DNA of 17,004 bases from an uncultured Acidobacteriota bacterium (lineage in GTDB: Bacteria; Acidobacteriota; Polarisedimenticolia; J045): contig CAVPCQ010000027.1 of the NCBI GenBank assembly GCA_963702425.1, positions 1 through 17,004 on the forward strand. Direction: 5' to 3'. The translations under genes were made by a program, and so were the position numbers. A model generated the notes under the pieces. The model ran no database searches. It had not been told where the DNA came from and worked only from the letters and a program-made list of their open reading frames with translations. Shown here in pieces: positions 7,470 to 15,978 of this stretch (position 1 is its first letter; each line of letters opens with the position of its first letter).

Positions 7470-9473
7470 ATGCCTCGCCTGCCGCTCCGCCGCCCTTCGC
7501 CGCGCATCGCACCCGTCCTGGGAGCGCTCGGGATGGCGCTTGCCCTGGCGCACGCGGCCGACCCCACCCCGCCGACGGCTCCCACGCCGCGTCCGGCTCC
7601 CGCCCCGGCCTCGGCCCCGGCCAAGTCCCCGCCGGCCGCCCCCGCGACCGCCACGCCCGACCCCGCCGCGCAGGCGCTGGCCCGCCGGGTCGGCGAGCTG
7701 ATCGAGAAGCTGCGCGCCACAGCGGGGGTGGCCGACCGGCTCGCGATCGCCGACCAGATCGTCGCCGTCGGCCCGGACGCGATGCCGTCCCTGCTGGCCG
7801 AGATGGAGCGCGGTCTGCCGCGAACCTGGCCGGTGATGATCTACTCGATCGGCGCGATCGGGGACCCGCGGGGGATCCCGGTGCTCGAGCGGCAGCTCAA
7901 GGGCCAGGAAGGGATCATCTACCAGGAGATCCTCTACGCGCTCGCGCTGGCCGGGCAGCAGGATGCGCTGCTGCGCTCGTTGCGCAGCAACCGCGCGATC
8001 CAGCTCGAGCCCGGGGCCACGGCGCTCGACTTCATCGCCGGCGCCCTGGGGCCCCCTGCGGTCCCGATCCTCGTGCGCGAGATCCCGCGCCGCGCCCAGG
8101 AGTCGCGGGTCGCGGCGCTCTCCGCGCTGGGCACGATCGGCGACGCTTCGGCGGTCGAGTTCCTGCTGCAGTGGTCGCGACAGCCGAACGTCATCGACCG
8201 CCGCTTCGCGATCGTCGCCCTCGCGCGGATCGGCGATCCGCGGGCCCGCCCCCGGATCTTCGAGGCGCTGTCCGATCCCGACCCCGGCGTGCGCGAAGCG
8301 GCGGCCGAAGGGGCCGGAACGCTGCGCGACCCGCACGCCACACCCGCCCTGGCGGCGATGATCGCCAGCACGGCTCCCTCCTCGACGCGCTCCCAGGCGA
8401 TCTGGGCGCTCGGCCTGATCGGTGGCGCGGCGGCGACCGAGGCGCTCGCCGGTGCGGTCGCGCACAGCGACACGAACGACCGCCTGCAGCTGCTGCAAGC
8501 CCTCGGCCGAACGCGGCACGCGGCCGCCGTCCCGACCCTCGCGCGCGAGGCGCTCTCCGAGGACCGCCTGGTCGCGGGCCAGGCGGCGCAGGGGCTGGTG
8601 TCGATCCCCGGTCCCGCCGCGACCGAGAAGCTGCTCGAGGTCTGCGACCGCGCCTCCGTGCCGGAGGCGGGGCTCGAGGCGGCACGCGAGGCAGTCGCGC
8701 GCCGCGACCCGCGCGCGATTCCGTGCGCGCTGCAGCGGCTGCGCAGCGACTTCGAGAATCCGGCCGGTTTCGGCCTCGGCGCCGAATCGCTGCTGGAGCA
8801 GCTGCTGCTGACGGCGCCCCCGTCGGCCGCCGCGTCGCTGGACACGCTGGCCGAGGGGGTGCAGGCCCCCGCGATCCAGCACCGGCTCCGCTCGGTCGCC
8901 TCCGGCATCCGGCTGGTGTACGAGCTGGGGCCCGACCCGGCGCCGTGGATCGAGCTGCTCGACACCGGCACGCCGGCCGAGGTCGACCTCGCGATCGAGC
9001 GGCTGGGAGAAATCGGCGACCCGCGCGCCGTCGAGCCGTTGCGGCGCCTTTTCGGGCGCATCGAGCCGGAGCGGGCGCATCGCATTCCGCAGGCGCTAGG
9101 CCGGATCGGCAGCGACCGCGCGACCCCCTTCCTGGTCGCGCTGGTCAGCGACGACATCTACCGGGTCCCGAGCCTGCAGCGTTCCCGGCAGGAAGCGGCC
9201 GTCGCGCTTTCGGCCTACACCCGATCGGACGCGGCGGTGGCCGCGCTGCGGACCGCCTTCATCGAGGAGCGCGGTCTCGACCTCGTGCCCCTGATGGCCT
9301 ACGCCCGGCTGCGTGGGATCGACGGCGTACCCGAGATCCTGGCGATGAAGCCACTGCTGCTGCGGCGCCGCGGGGCGATCCAGGTGCAGCGCAACGAGAA
9401 GGCGGTGTGGGCGCTGCGGATGCTGCGCAACGGGATCGAGATCCCGCTCGAAGACGTCTCGGACGTCCGGTAG
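7470..9473 (+). CDS. Exported HEAT/PBS-lyase-like repeat protein
   Basis: Signal peptide ending AHA-A, Pro/Ala linker, and many HEAT-like repeats (ALGTIGDASAVEFL, ALARIGDPRARPRI, DPDPGVREAAAEG, RLGEIGDPRAVEPL, ALGRIGSDRATPFL). Start 7470 is preferred over 7377 because it puts the signal peptide at the N-terminus. Confidence 0.8.
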   Translation: MPRLPLRRPSPRIAPVLGALGMALALAHAADPTPPTAPTPRPAPAPASAPAKSPPAAPATATPDPAAQALARRVGELIEKLRATAGVADRLAIADQIVAVGPDAMPSLLAEMERGLPRTWPVMIYSIGAIGDPRGIPVLERQLKGQEGIIYQEILYALALAGQQDALLRSLRSNRAIQLEPGATALDFIAGALGPPAVPILVREIPRRAQESRVAALSALGTIGDASAVEFLLQWSRQPNVIDRRFAIVALARIGDPRARPRIFEALSDPDPGVREAAAEGAGTLRDPHATPALAAMIASTAPSSTRSQAIWALGLIGGAAATEALAGAVAHSDTNDRLQLLQALGRTRHAAAVPTLAREALSEDRLVAGQAAQGLVSIPGPAATEKLLEVCDRASVPEAGLEAAREAVARRDPRAIPCALQRLRSDFENPAGFGLGAESLLEQLLLTAPPSAAASLDTLAEGVQAPAIQHRLRSVASGIRLVYELGPDPAPWIELLDTGTPAEVDLAIERLGEIGDPRAVEPLRRLFGRIEPERAHRIPQALGRIGSDRATPFLVALVSDDIYRVPSLQRSRQEAAVALSAYTRSDAAVAALRTAFIEERGLDLVPLMAYARLRGIDGVPEILAMKPLLLRRRGAIQVQRNEKAVWALRMLRNGIEIPLEDVSDVR

Positions 9474-9495
9474 GGGCCGGCCTCCGTGCCGGCCC
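9474..9495. terminator. Hairpin between convergent genes (possible terminator)
   Basis: GGGCCGGC-ctccgt-GCCGGCCC, an 8-bp stem immediately after the HEAT stop. No U-tract. Confidence 0.35.
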
Positions 9496-9505
9496 GCACA
9501 GGGCC

Positions 9506-11311
9506 TCAGGACGCGACCGGCTCGGAGATCTCCTCGTCCGCCACCGGACCCGACAGCAGGGTCAGCAGGCGGTCGAACTCGCCGGCCTCGAAGGCGCGGT
9601 TGAAGGCCTCGACGACCTGCGGATCGAGGTGGACCCCCTTCATGTCGTTGATCCGCGCCACGGCGTCGGGGATCGGCAGCGCACGCTGGTACGGCCGGTC
9701 GGTCGTCATCGCGTCGAAGGTGTCGGCCACGGCGACGATCCGGGCCTGCAGCGGGATCTCCTCGCCCTTCAGACCCAGGGGGTAGCCGCCGCCCGACCAG
9801 CGTTCGTGGTGGAAGCGCATCCCCGGGACGAAGTTCTTCATCTGCGGGAGGCGGCCCATGATCTTGGCCCCGCGCTCGGGGTGGGTCTTCATGATGTCGA
9901 ACTCGTCGGCGGTCAGCGCGGCCGGCTTCTTCAGGATCGCATCGTCGATCCCGATCTTGCCGACGTCGTGCAGCAGCGACGAGACTTGCAGCGCCTTGAC
10001 GTCATCTTGCGTGAGGCCGAGGTAGCGCCCGATGATCACCGCGAACTTGTTGACGCGGATCGAGTGCCCCTTGGTGTAGGGGTCCTTTTCATCGATCGCT
10101 TCGGCCAACGCGCGGATCGTGCCCAGGAACAGGTCGTTGGCGTCGCGCGCCGCGGTGCGGAACTTCTCGACCAGATTGCCGAGGCGGCGGGACATCGTGT
10201 TGTAGACCGCCGCGACCTCGTCCAGCTCGCGCACGCGGGAGCCCGACGCGCTGACGGAGAAGTCCCCGGCAGCCAGGCGCTTGGAGATCGCCGCGAGGCG
10301 GGCCATCGGACGGCTGATCATGCTGCCCAGCAGCAGGGCAGCCCCGATCGCCAGCAGGGCGGCGAATGCGCCGCCCATCATCACGCCCTGCGTCATCCGT
10401 CGGACCGGCGCCAGCGCGAGGCTCTCGTCGACCTCGAGGAAGACACCCCAGCCGCGCTCGGTCGAGGCGAACGAGCCCAGGCAGCGCCGCGCGTCGCCGC
10501 GCTCGCCGAGCACGTCGTAGGCGCGCGAGCCGCGCGAGCGGCTCCCCGCGCCGAGGAAGGCCTGCACCGCCTCGCGCCGTCCCGGAGCGGTGACGCCGTC
10601 GCCCGCGGTGCGGCCGGCGCGCGCGACGACCGAGCCCTGCGGCCCGAGCAGGTAGACGCGCGTCGGCGGCGGGATCGCGGCCTCGACCTGTTTCCAGACC
10701 GACTGGAAGCTCGCGACCTCCTGCAGCACGCCGAAGCGCTGTGAGCCGTGCGTCACCGGGGCGGAGATGGTGACTGCGAGCAGCTCCTCGGGACCGATCG
10801 TGAACGGCTCGCCGAGCACGAGCTCGTTGGCCGGGCCGACGCTTCGCGCGAGCAGCTCTGCGTCGCGGTTCATCCCCTGCAGGATCTCGGGCGGCAGCAC
10901 GAGCTCGGGCGCCACCGACTGATCCCGGCCGACGACGGGACGGAAGCGCGCGAGCACGACCGACTCGTCGAGGATCCCGTCCAGCACCGCGCCGGCCACG
11001 CTGCCGTCGTCTCCAACCCGCACCCCGAGCACGTGGCCCAGCTTCAGCGCCTCGCGGCCGGCCTGCTCGAGGAAGGCGTCGAGCCGTTCGGCCGCGGCCG
11101 CGGCCTGCTGCAGCTGCCGCTCCTGCTGGCCGGCAACGAGCGAGGCGCGCATCTGGCTGACGGTGTAGACGCTGAAGAGAAAGAGCGGGGCCAGCGACAC
11201 TGCGAGCACCACTGCGAGCAGCACCAGGAACAGCGGCACGCGCGGCTTGCGGTCCAGGGCGTCGTCGATCTCGTCGTGCTGGTCACGACGCTCTTGGGTC
11301 GGGTTGGGCAA
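9506..11311 (-). CDS. Membrane-anchored sensor (Cache-like)-HAMP-HD-GYP cyclic-dinucleotide phosphodiesterase (601 aa)
   Basis: TTG at 11311 with GAGGA RBS. Two TM helices flank a periplasmic domain, then a HAMP ([19 protein letters not shown]...[12 protein letters not shown]). Intact [26 protein letters not shown] and [14 protein letters not shown]. Confidence 0.92.
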   Translation of the reverse strand: MPNPTQERRDQHDEIDDALDRKPRVPLFLVLLAVVLAVSLAPLFLFSVYTVSQMRASLVAGQQERQLQQAAAAAERLDAFLEQAGREALKLGHVLGVRVGDDGSVAGAVLDGILDESVVLARFRPVVGRDQSVAPELVLPPEILQGMNRDAELLARSVGPANELVLGEPFTIGPEELLAVTISAPVTHGSQRFGVLQEVASFQSVWKQVEAAIPPPTRVYLLGPQGSVVARAGRTAGDGVTAPGRREAVQAFLGAGSRSRGSRAYDVLGERGDARRCLGSFASTERGWGVFLEVDESLALAPVRRMTQGVMMGGAFAALLAIGAALLLGSMISRPMARLAAISKRLAAGDFSVSASGSRVRELDEVAAVYNTMSRRLGNLVEKFRTAARDANDLFLGTIRALAEAIDEKDPYTKGHSIRVNKFAVIIGRYLGLTQDDVKALQVSSLLHDVGKIGIDDAILKKPAALTADEFDIMKTHPERGAKIMGRLPQMKNFVPGMRFHHERWSGGGYPLGLKGEEIPLQARIVAVADTFDAMTTDRPYQRALPIPDAVARINDMKGVHLDPQVVEAFNRAFEAGEFDRLLTLLSGPVADEEISEPVAS

Positions 11312-11533
11312 CGCTTGTCCTCGTCGGGAGAGCCGCGTGTCAGCGCACCCCGCCCTCTGTCCGAATCTAGGTCCGGTGTTGCGGAAAAACCTGAACGGCG
11401 GGCGTTCCGGGATGGGGCGTCGCGGGTGGCGGTTCGTGAACAGCGCGCCAACTCGCTGGGGAATGGCGACTTGTGCCGCGCGGTGGCGGGGACTGCACAG
11501 GACTGCCCCGGCTCGCACCGGGAGCACGTCGTC

Positions 11534-11546
11534 CAACTCGTTGATG
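11534..11546 (-). promoter_or_regulatory. IHF-like binding site
   Basis: Minus strand CATCAA-CGAG-TTG versus consensus WATCAA-N4-TTR (one mismatch). Lies about 30-40 bp upstream of the sigma54 box, the usual position. Confidence 0.55.
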
Positions 11547-11574
11547 AAATGACGGTTAGCGGAGTCGGTCCGGA

Positions 11575-11590
11575 TGGCACGGAGCGTGCT
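11575..11590 (+). promoter_or_regulatory. Sigma54 (-24/-12) promoter
   Basis: TGGCACGGAGCGTGCT versus consensus TGGCACG-N4-TTGCW: one mismatch and exact GG-N10-GC spacing. Confidence 0.75.
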
Positions 11591-11600
11591 TGGGAAGTCG

Positions 11601-11688
11601 GTGAAGAACTGGTCCGCGGGGCGGGGGGTACTCTCCCCGGCCTCCCCAACCTCGCCGCGGGCGGCATCGTGCCGCCCGCGTTTTCTTT
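11601..11688 (+). ncRNA. Putative sigma54-dependent small RNA (~88 nt)
   Basis: Bounded by the -24/-12 box and an intrinsic terminator. Internal hairpin CGGGGGG-UACU-CUCCCCG (11622-11639), then a C-rich GCCUCCCCAACCUC segment. No complete ORF inside. Confidence 0.6.
11656..11688 (+). terminator. Rho-independent terminator
   Basis: Perfect 11-bp stem CGCGGGCGGCA-tcg-TGCCGCCCGCG followed by TTTTCTTT. Confidence 0.85.
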
Positions 11689-11953
11689 GTTGCCGGCCGG
11701 CGGCGGCAGTTGTCCGGGGTGCGCCTTCTCCTCGCCGCCGCTACCACGCTTGCCGCCCTCTCCGACGTGGCGACCGCGGCCGCCGGCGACTGCGCACGCT
11801 GAGCGACCCGCCGCGCGGCCCGCGAGGAGGGTCTGCGCGACGAGGCGCGCGCTGCGGGGACCGAGGCCATCCCGCCGGAGCACGCGGCTGTGCGAGACTC
11901 GCGCGGGCATCGCCTCCCGCCGAGGCCGGCGATCGCCGCGGAGGAACCTCGCC

Positions 11954-13162
11954 GTGACGTCTCCCTCGCGCCCGCGCCGCGGCGCCCTGCGCGCCCTGCT
12001 CGAGGGCGGAAACCTGCTCAACCTGCTGCTGATCTTCGTTCCGCTCGCCGCCGTCGCCGAGTTCTTCCACTGGAGCCCGACCGCGATCTTCTGCTTCGCG
12101 GCGATCGCGATCATCCCCTTGGCGGGGTTGATGGGCGCGGCGACGGAGGTTCTGGCCGCGCGGCTGGGCGCCGGGATCGGCGGCCTGCTCAACGCGACCT
12201 TCGGCAACGCGGCCGAGCTGATCATCGCGCTCGTCGCGCTCTACCGCGGCTTCTACGACGTCGTGAAGGCCTCCCTGACCGGCTCGATCGTCGGCAACGT
12301 CCTGCTGGTCCTGGGGCTGGCGTTCCTGGTCGGGGGTGCGAAGCGCGACCGGCAGGTCTTCAACCGCACGGCGGCGTCGGCCGGCGCGCTGCTGCTGCTG
12401 CTGGCGGCGCTGGGCCTGCTGGTCCCGACGATCTTCCACGCCACCGCGACCGCGGCCATCGCCAGTGGGAAGGTCGCCGCCGACGTCGAGATCATCGCCG
12501 AGCACCGGCTGTCGCTGTTCATCGCGGTCGTGCTGTTTGCGGCCTACGTCGCCAGCCTGCTGTTCAGCCTGCGCACGCACAGGGTGCACTACAGCGGCGA
12601 CGGGCACGGTCACGGCGTCCTCGACCCCCACGGGGACGACGACGATCGCGGCGCCGGCCGCGGTCGGGCGGCCGCAGAGGCCCACCCGCCGGGCTCGGTC
12701 GGGCGCGCGGTCGCCACGCTGCTGGCTGCGACGGTGGGCGTGGCCTGGATGAGCGAGCTGCTGGTCGGAGCGGTCGCCGAGGCCTCGCACGCGCTGGGGC
12801 TGACCGAGGTCTTCGTCGGCGTGATCGTGGTCGCGATCATCGGCAACGCCGCCGAGCATTCGACGGCGATCCTGGTGGCGCTCAAGAACAAGGCCGACCT
12901 GGCGGTCAACATCGCGGTCGGCTCGTCGGTGCAGATCGCGCTCTTCGTCGCGCCGGTCCTGGTCTTCGCGAGCTACCTGATGCCGAGCGGACCGATGGAC
13001 CTGAACTTCACGGCGTTCGAGGTCTTCGCGGTCCTGGCGGCGGTCTTCGTGGCCAACACCGCGGCCCAGGAGGGGGAATCGAACTGGCTGGAAGGGGCGC
13101 TGCTGCTCGCGGTCTACACGATCCTGGCGCTGGCGTTCTTCTTCCTGCCGGCGGGGGTGTAG
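11954..13162 (+). CDS. cax: Ca2+/H+ antiporter (CaCA superfamily, CAX/ChaA type)
   Basis: GTG at 11954 with GGAGGA RBS. About 10-11 TM helices, two alpha-repeats ATFGNAAE and [27 protein letters not shown], and a His/Asp-rich central loop. Confidence 0.93.
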   Translation: MTSPSRPRRGALRALLEGGNLLNLLLIFVPLAAVAEFFHWSPTAIFCFAAIAIIPLAGLMGAATEVLAARLGAGIGGLLNATFGNAAELIIALVALYRGFYDVVKASLTGSIVGNVLLVLGLAFLVGGAKRDRQVFNRTAASAGALLLLLAALGLLVPTIFHATATAAIASGKVAADVEIIAEHRLSLFIAVVLFAAYVASLLFSLRTHRVHYSGDGHGHGVLDPHGDDDDRGAGRGRAAAEAHPPGSVGRAVATLLAATVGVAWMSELLVGAVAEASHALGLTEVFVGVIVVAIIGNAAEHSTAILVALKNKADLAVNIAVGSSVQIALFVAPVLVFASYLMPSGPMDLNFTAFEVFAVLAAVFVANTAAQEGESNWLEGALLLAVYTILALAFFFLPAGV

Positions 13163-13163
13163 A

Positions 13164-13215
13164 ACCCCGGCGTAGCCTGGGCCCAGGCAAAGCCTGGGCC
13201 CAGGCGAAGCGGGGT
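13164..13215. repeat. Tandem duplicated 14-bp perfect palindrome forming a long hairpin (likely bidirectional terminator)
   Basis: GCCTGGGCCCAGGC at 13175-13188 and 13192-13205, separated by AAA and flanked by ACCCCG (13164-13169) and CGGGGT (13210-13215). Lies between convergent cax and OTCase genes. Confidence 0.7.
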
Positions 13216-14138
13216 CAAAGTCCCTTGATCAGTGCCAGGTAGGCGGCCTTGATCGTGTGCAGGCGGTTCTCCGCCTCGTCGAAGATCACCGAGCGCTCGT
13301 GGTCGCAGACCTCGTCAGTGACCTCCTCGCCGCGATGCGCCGGCAGGCAGTGCATGAAGACCGCGGTCGGCTTGGCCTTGCGGAACAGCGCGCCGTCGAC
13401 GCGGTAGGGCCAGAAGAGCTTCTGGCGCTCGGCGGCTTCTTTCTCCTGGCCCATCGAGGCCCAGACGTCGGTGTAGACCGCGTCGGCGCCTTTCAGCCCG
13501 GCGTTGACGTCGCTGGTGTAGCCGACCTCCCCGCCGGTCTTCGCCGCGATCGCGCGGGCCCGGTCGAGGGCGCGCGCGTTCGGCTCGTGGCCGCGCGGGC
13601 CGACGACGACGACCTTCATCTGCGAGAGCGCTCCGCCGACCATCAGCGAGTGGGCGACGTTGTTGCCGTCGCCGATGAACGCCAGCTTGAGCCCCTTGAG
13701 CCTGCCGAAGTGCTCTTTCAGCGTGAGCAGGTCGGCCAGCGCCTGCATCGGGTGCAGCAGGTCCGACAGCAGGTTGATCACCGGCACCCGCGCGTGCTTC
13801 GCGACGTCCTCGATCAGCTGGTGCGAGAAGGTCCGCATCGCGATCACGTCGACCCAGCGCTCGAGGTTCTTGGCCACGTCGTGGACCGACTCGCGCACGC
13901 CGATCCGGCCCATCTCGGGAGTCTGGGTCAGCGAGGCGCCACCGAGCTGGGTCATCCCGACCTCGCTCGTCACGCGAGTCCGGAGCGAGGGCTTCTCGAA
14001 GTAGAGGAAGGCAGTCCGGCCCTTCAGGGCGTCGGCGTACGCGGCGGGGTGCTTCTTGACCTTCGCCGCCAGGTCGAGGAGTGCGGCCAGCTCCTCCGGC
14101 GTGTAGTCCCACAGGGCCACCAGGTCACGCTTCTTCAC
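13215..14138 (-). CDS. argF: Ornithine carbamoyltransferase (ArgF/ArcB)
   Basis: FEKPSLRTR, HPMQALAD, GDGNN, YTDVWASMGQE, FMHCLPAHRG and EAENRLH. RBS GGGAGG. Clustered with carbamate kinase, so a catabolic (arcB) role is plausible. Confidence 0.95.
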   Translation of the reverse strand: MKKRDLVALWDYTPEELAALLDLAAKVKKHPAAYADALKGRTAFLYFEKPSLRTRVTSEVGMTQLGGASLTQTPEMGRIGVRESVHDVAKNLERWVDVIAMRTFSHQLIEDVAKHARVPVINLLSDLLHPMQALADLLTLKEHFGRLKGLKLAFIGDGNNVAHSLMVGGALSQMKVVVVGPRGHEPNARALDRARAIAAKTGGEVGYTSDVNAGLKGADAVYTDVWASMGQEKEAAERQKLFWPYRVDGALFRKAKPTAVFMHCLPAHRGEEVTDEVCDHERSVIFDEAENRLHTIKAAYLALIKGL

Positions 14139-14193
14139 GCTCGATCCTCCCGCGGCACGGGATCTGCCCGCGCCGCGCGCATTGTACGGGCCG

Positions 14194-15159
14194 CTACGGG
14201 TTCTCCGGCACGATCCGCGTACCGCCGCGGCCGCGCAGGGCGTCGGCCAGAGCCGGAGCGGCAGTGATCAGCACCTGCCGGCCCGACGACTCCACGACCC
14301 GCACCGCGGCCTCGATCTTGGGACCCATGCTCCCCGGCGGGAACTGCCCCTCGGCCATCAGGGCCCGCGCCTCGCGCGGGGTCATCCGGTCGATCGGCAT
14401 CGCCCGGTCGGTACCGTAGTCCTTCTCGACCCGCGCGACGTTCGTCAGGATCACGAACAGGTCGGCCCCCACCTCGCGGAACAGCAGCGCCGCCGTGAGG
14501 TCCTTGTCGATCACCGCGTCGACCCCTTCCAGTGTGCCGTCCGGGCGCCGCACCACCGGGATCCCGCCGCCTCCGGCGGCGATCACGACCGCCCCGGCCT
14601 CCAGCAGCGCCGCCACGGTGCGCACGCCGTAGATCCGGACCGGCACGGGCGAAGGGACGACGCGCCGCCACCCCTGGTCCTGCCGGACCATCTTCCAGCC
14701 GCGCCGCCCGGCCAGGTCGTCGGCCACGAACTGCGGGTAGTACGGGCCGATCGGCTTGGTCGGGTGCGCGAAGGCCGGGTCGCCCGGGTCGACCTCGGTG
14801 AGCGTCACCAGCGACGCAACCTTGGCGTCGAGCCCCGCGGCCTCGAGCTGGCCGCGCAGCGCGGCCTCGAGCAGGAAGCCGATCACTCCTTGCGACGCGG
14901 CGCCGCAGGCGGCGAGGCCCCACGGGGGCACCTGCCTCCGCGCCGACTCGCTCTGGATCAGCAGCTGGCCGACCTGCGGGCCGTTGCCGTGGACCAGCAG
15001 CAGCCGGTGGTCGCGGGCCAGATCGGCCAGGATCGCGGCGACCTTCCCCGCCTCGGCCAGCTGCTCGCTCTCCGTCCCCTCGCTGCCGCGCGGGACGAGC
15101 GCGTTGCCGCCGAAGGCGATCAGCGCGATCGGCCGCGAGTCCGCGGGGGTCGGGCTCAC
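14194..15159 (-). CDS. arcC: Carbamate kinase
   Basis: AFGGNAL, HGNGPQVG, DPAFAHPTKPIGP, WRRVVPSP, GGGGIPV, VDAVIDKD and GSMGPKIEAA. The GTG start at 15159 overlaps the upstream TGA (GTGA coupling). Confidence 0.95.
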   Translation of the reverse strand: MSPTPADSRPIALIAFGGNALVPRGSEGTESEQLAEAGKVAAILADLARDHRLLLVHGNGPQVGQLLIQSESARRQVPPWGLAACGAASQGVIGFLLEAALRGQLEAAGLDAKVASLVTLTEVDPGDPAFAHPTKPIGPYYPQFVADDLAGRRGWKMVRQDQGWRRVVPSPVPVRIYGVRTVAALLEAGAVVIAAGGGGIPVVRRPDGTLEGVDAVIDKDLTAALLFREVGADLFVILTNVARVEKDYGTDRAMPIDRMTPREARALMAEGQFPPGSMGPKIEAAVRVVESSGRQVLITAAPALADALRGRGGTRIVPENP

Positions 15160-15978
15160 ACCCGCTCCGACTTCGCCTTCTTCGCCGCGGCGATGATCGG
15201 GGCCAGCACGGTCGCGAGATTCGGGGTGCCGCGCTCGGCCAGCTCGTAGGTCACGCGCACGGCCGGCTTCGGGAACTTGACCAGCCGCCGCAGGTCGATC
15301 GGGGTGCCGATCACGTAGGCGTCGACGTGCGGCGCGGCGCGGTCGATCGTCTCCTGGAGGTCCTTGACCTGCTCGTCGGAGTAGCCCATCGCCGGGAGGA
15401 TCGGGCCGGTGCCGGCGTACTTGGCGAAGGTCCCGGCGATCGTGCGCACCGCCCAGGGGCGCGGGTCGACGATCTCGGCCGCGCCGGCCTGCTTCGCGGC
15501 CACGACGCCGGCGCCGAACTTCATTCCGCCGTGCGTGAGCGTCGGGCCGTCCTCGATCACGAGGACCTTCTTGCCCTTGATCGCCGCCGGGTTCTCGACC
15601 GTCACCGGCGAGTCGGCCAGGATGATCGCGGCGCCGGGGCTCAGCTCGGCACAGCTGCGGCGGACCGTCTCGACCGCGGCGGGATCGGCGCTGTCGACCT
15701 TGTTGAGCACGAACACGTCCGCGGCGCGCGCATTGGCCTCGCCCGGGTGGTAGCTCCGCTCGTGGCCGGGGCGCAGCGGGTCGGCGACGACCAGGTGCAG
15801 GTCGGGCGCGTAGAACGGCAGGTCGTTGTTGCCGCCGTCCCAGAGCACGACGTCCCCTTCCTTTTCGGCCGCGCGGAGGATCTCCTCGTAGTCGACGCCG
15901 GCGTAGATGATCGTACCGCTCACGATGTGCGGCTCGTACTCCTCGCGCTCCTCGATCGTGCAGTGGTGACGGTCGAGG
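15156..15978 (-). CDS. 5'-truncated COG2403-type P-loop protein (cyclic 2,3-diphosphoglycerate synthetase-like; probable arginine synthetase ArcE), C-terminal ~273 aa only
   Basis: The frame extends upstream of the track's 15923 start as LDRHHCTIEEREEYEPHI, then YAGVDYEEIL, LWDGGNND, YHPGE, NKVD, IEDGPTLTHGGM, LPAMGYS and GTPIDL. The N-terminal part including Walker A is absent. Confidence 0.75.

Noticed and set aside
6417-10744. Very long alternative-frame ORFs (887, 857, 492 and 441 aa) and similar ones elsewhere
   Set aside because: These are Arg/Pro/Gly-rich shadow ORFs typical of very high-GC DNA. They overlap well-supported genes and carry no recognisable motifs.
10748-11953. 400-aa N-terminal extension of the CAX ORF
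   Set aside because: It is antisense to HD-GYP and crosses a terminator. The real start with an RBS is at 11954.
13215-14138. N-acetyl- or N-succinyl-ornithine transcarbamylase because of SLRT and HPMQ variants
   Set aside because: The DGNN and DxxxSMG ornithine-binding motifs are intact, which indicates a standard OTCase.
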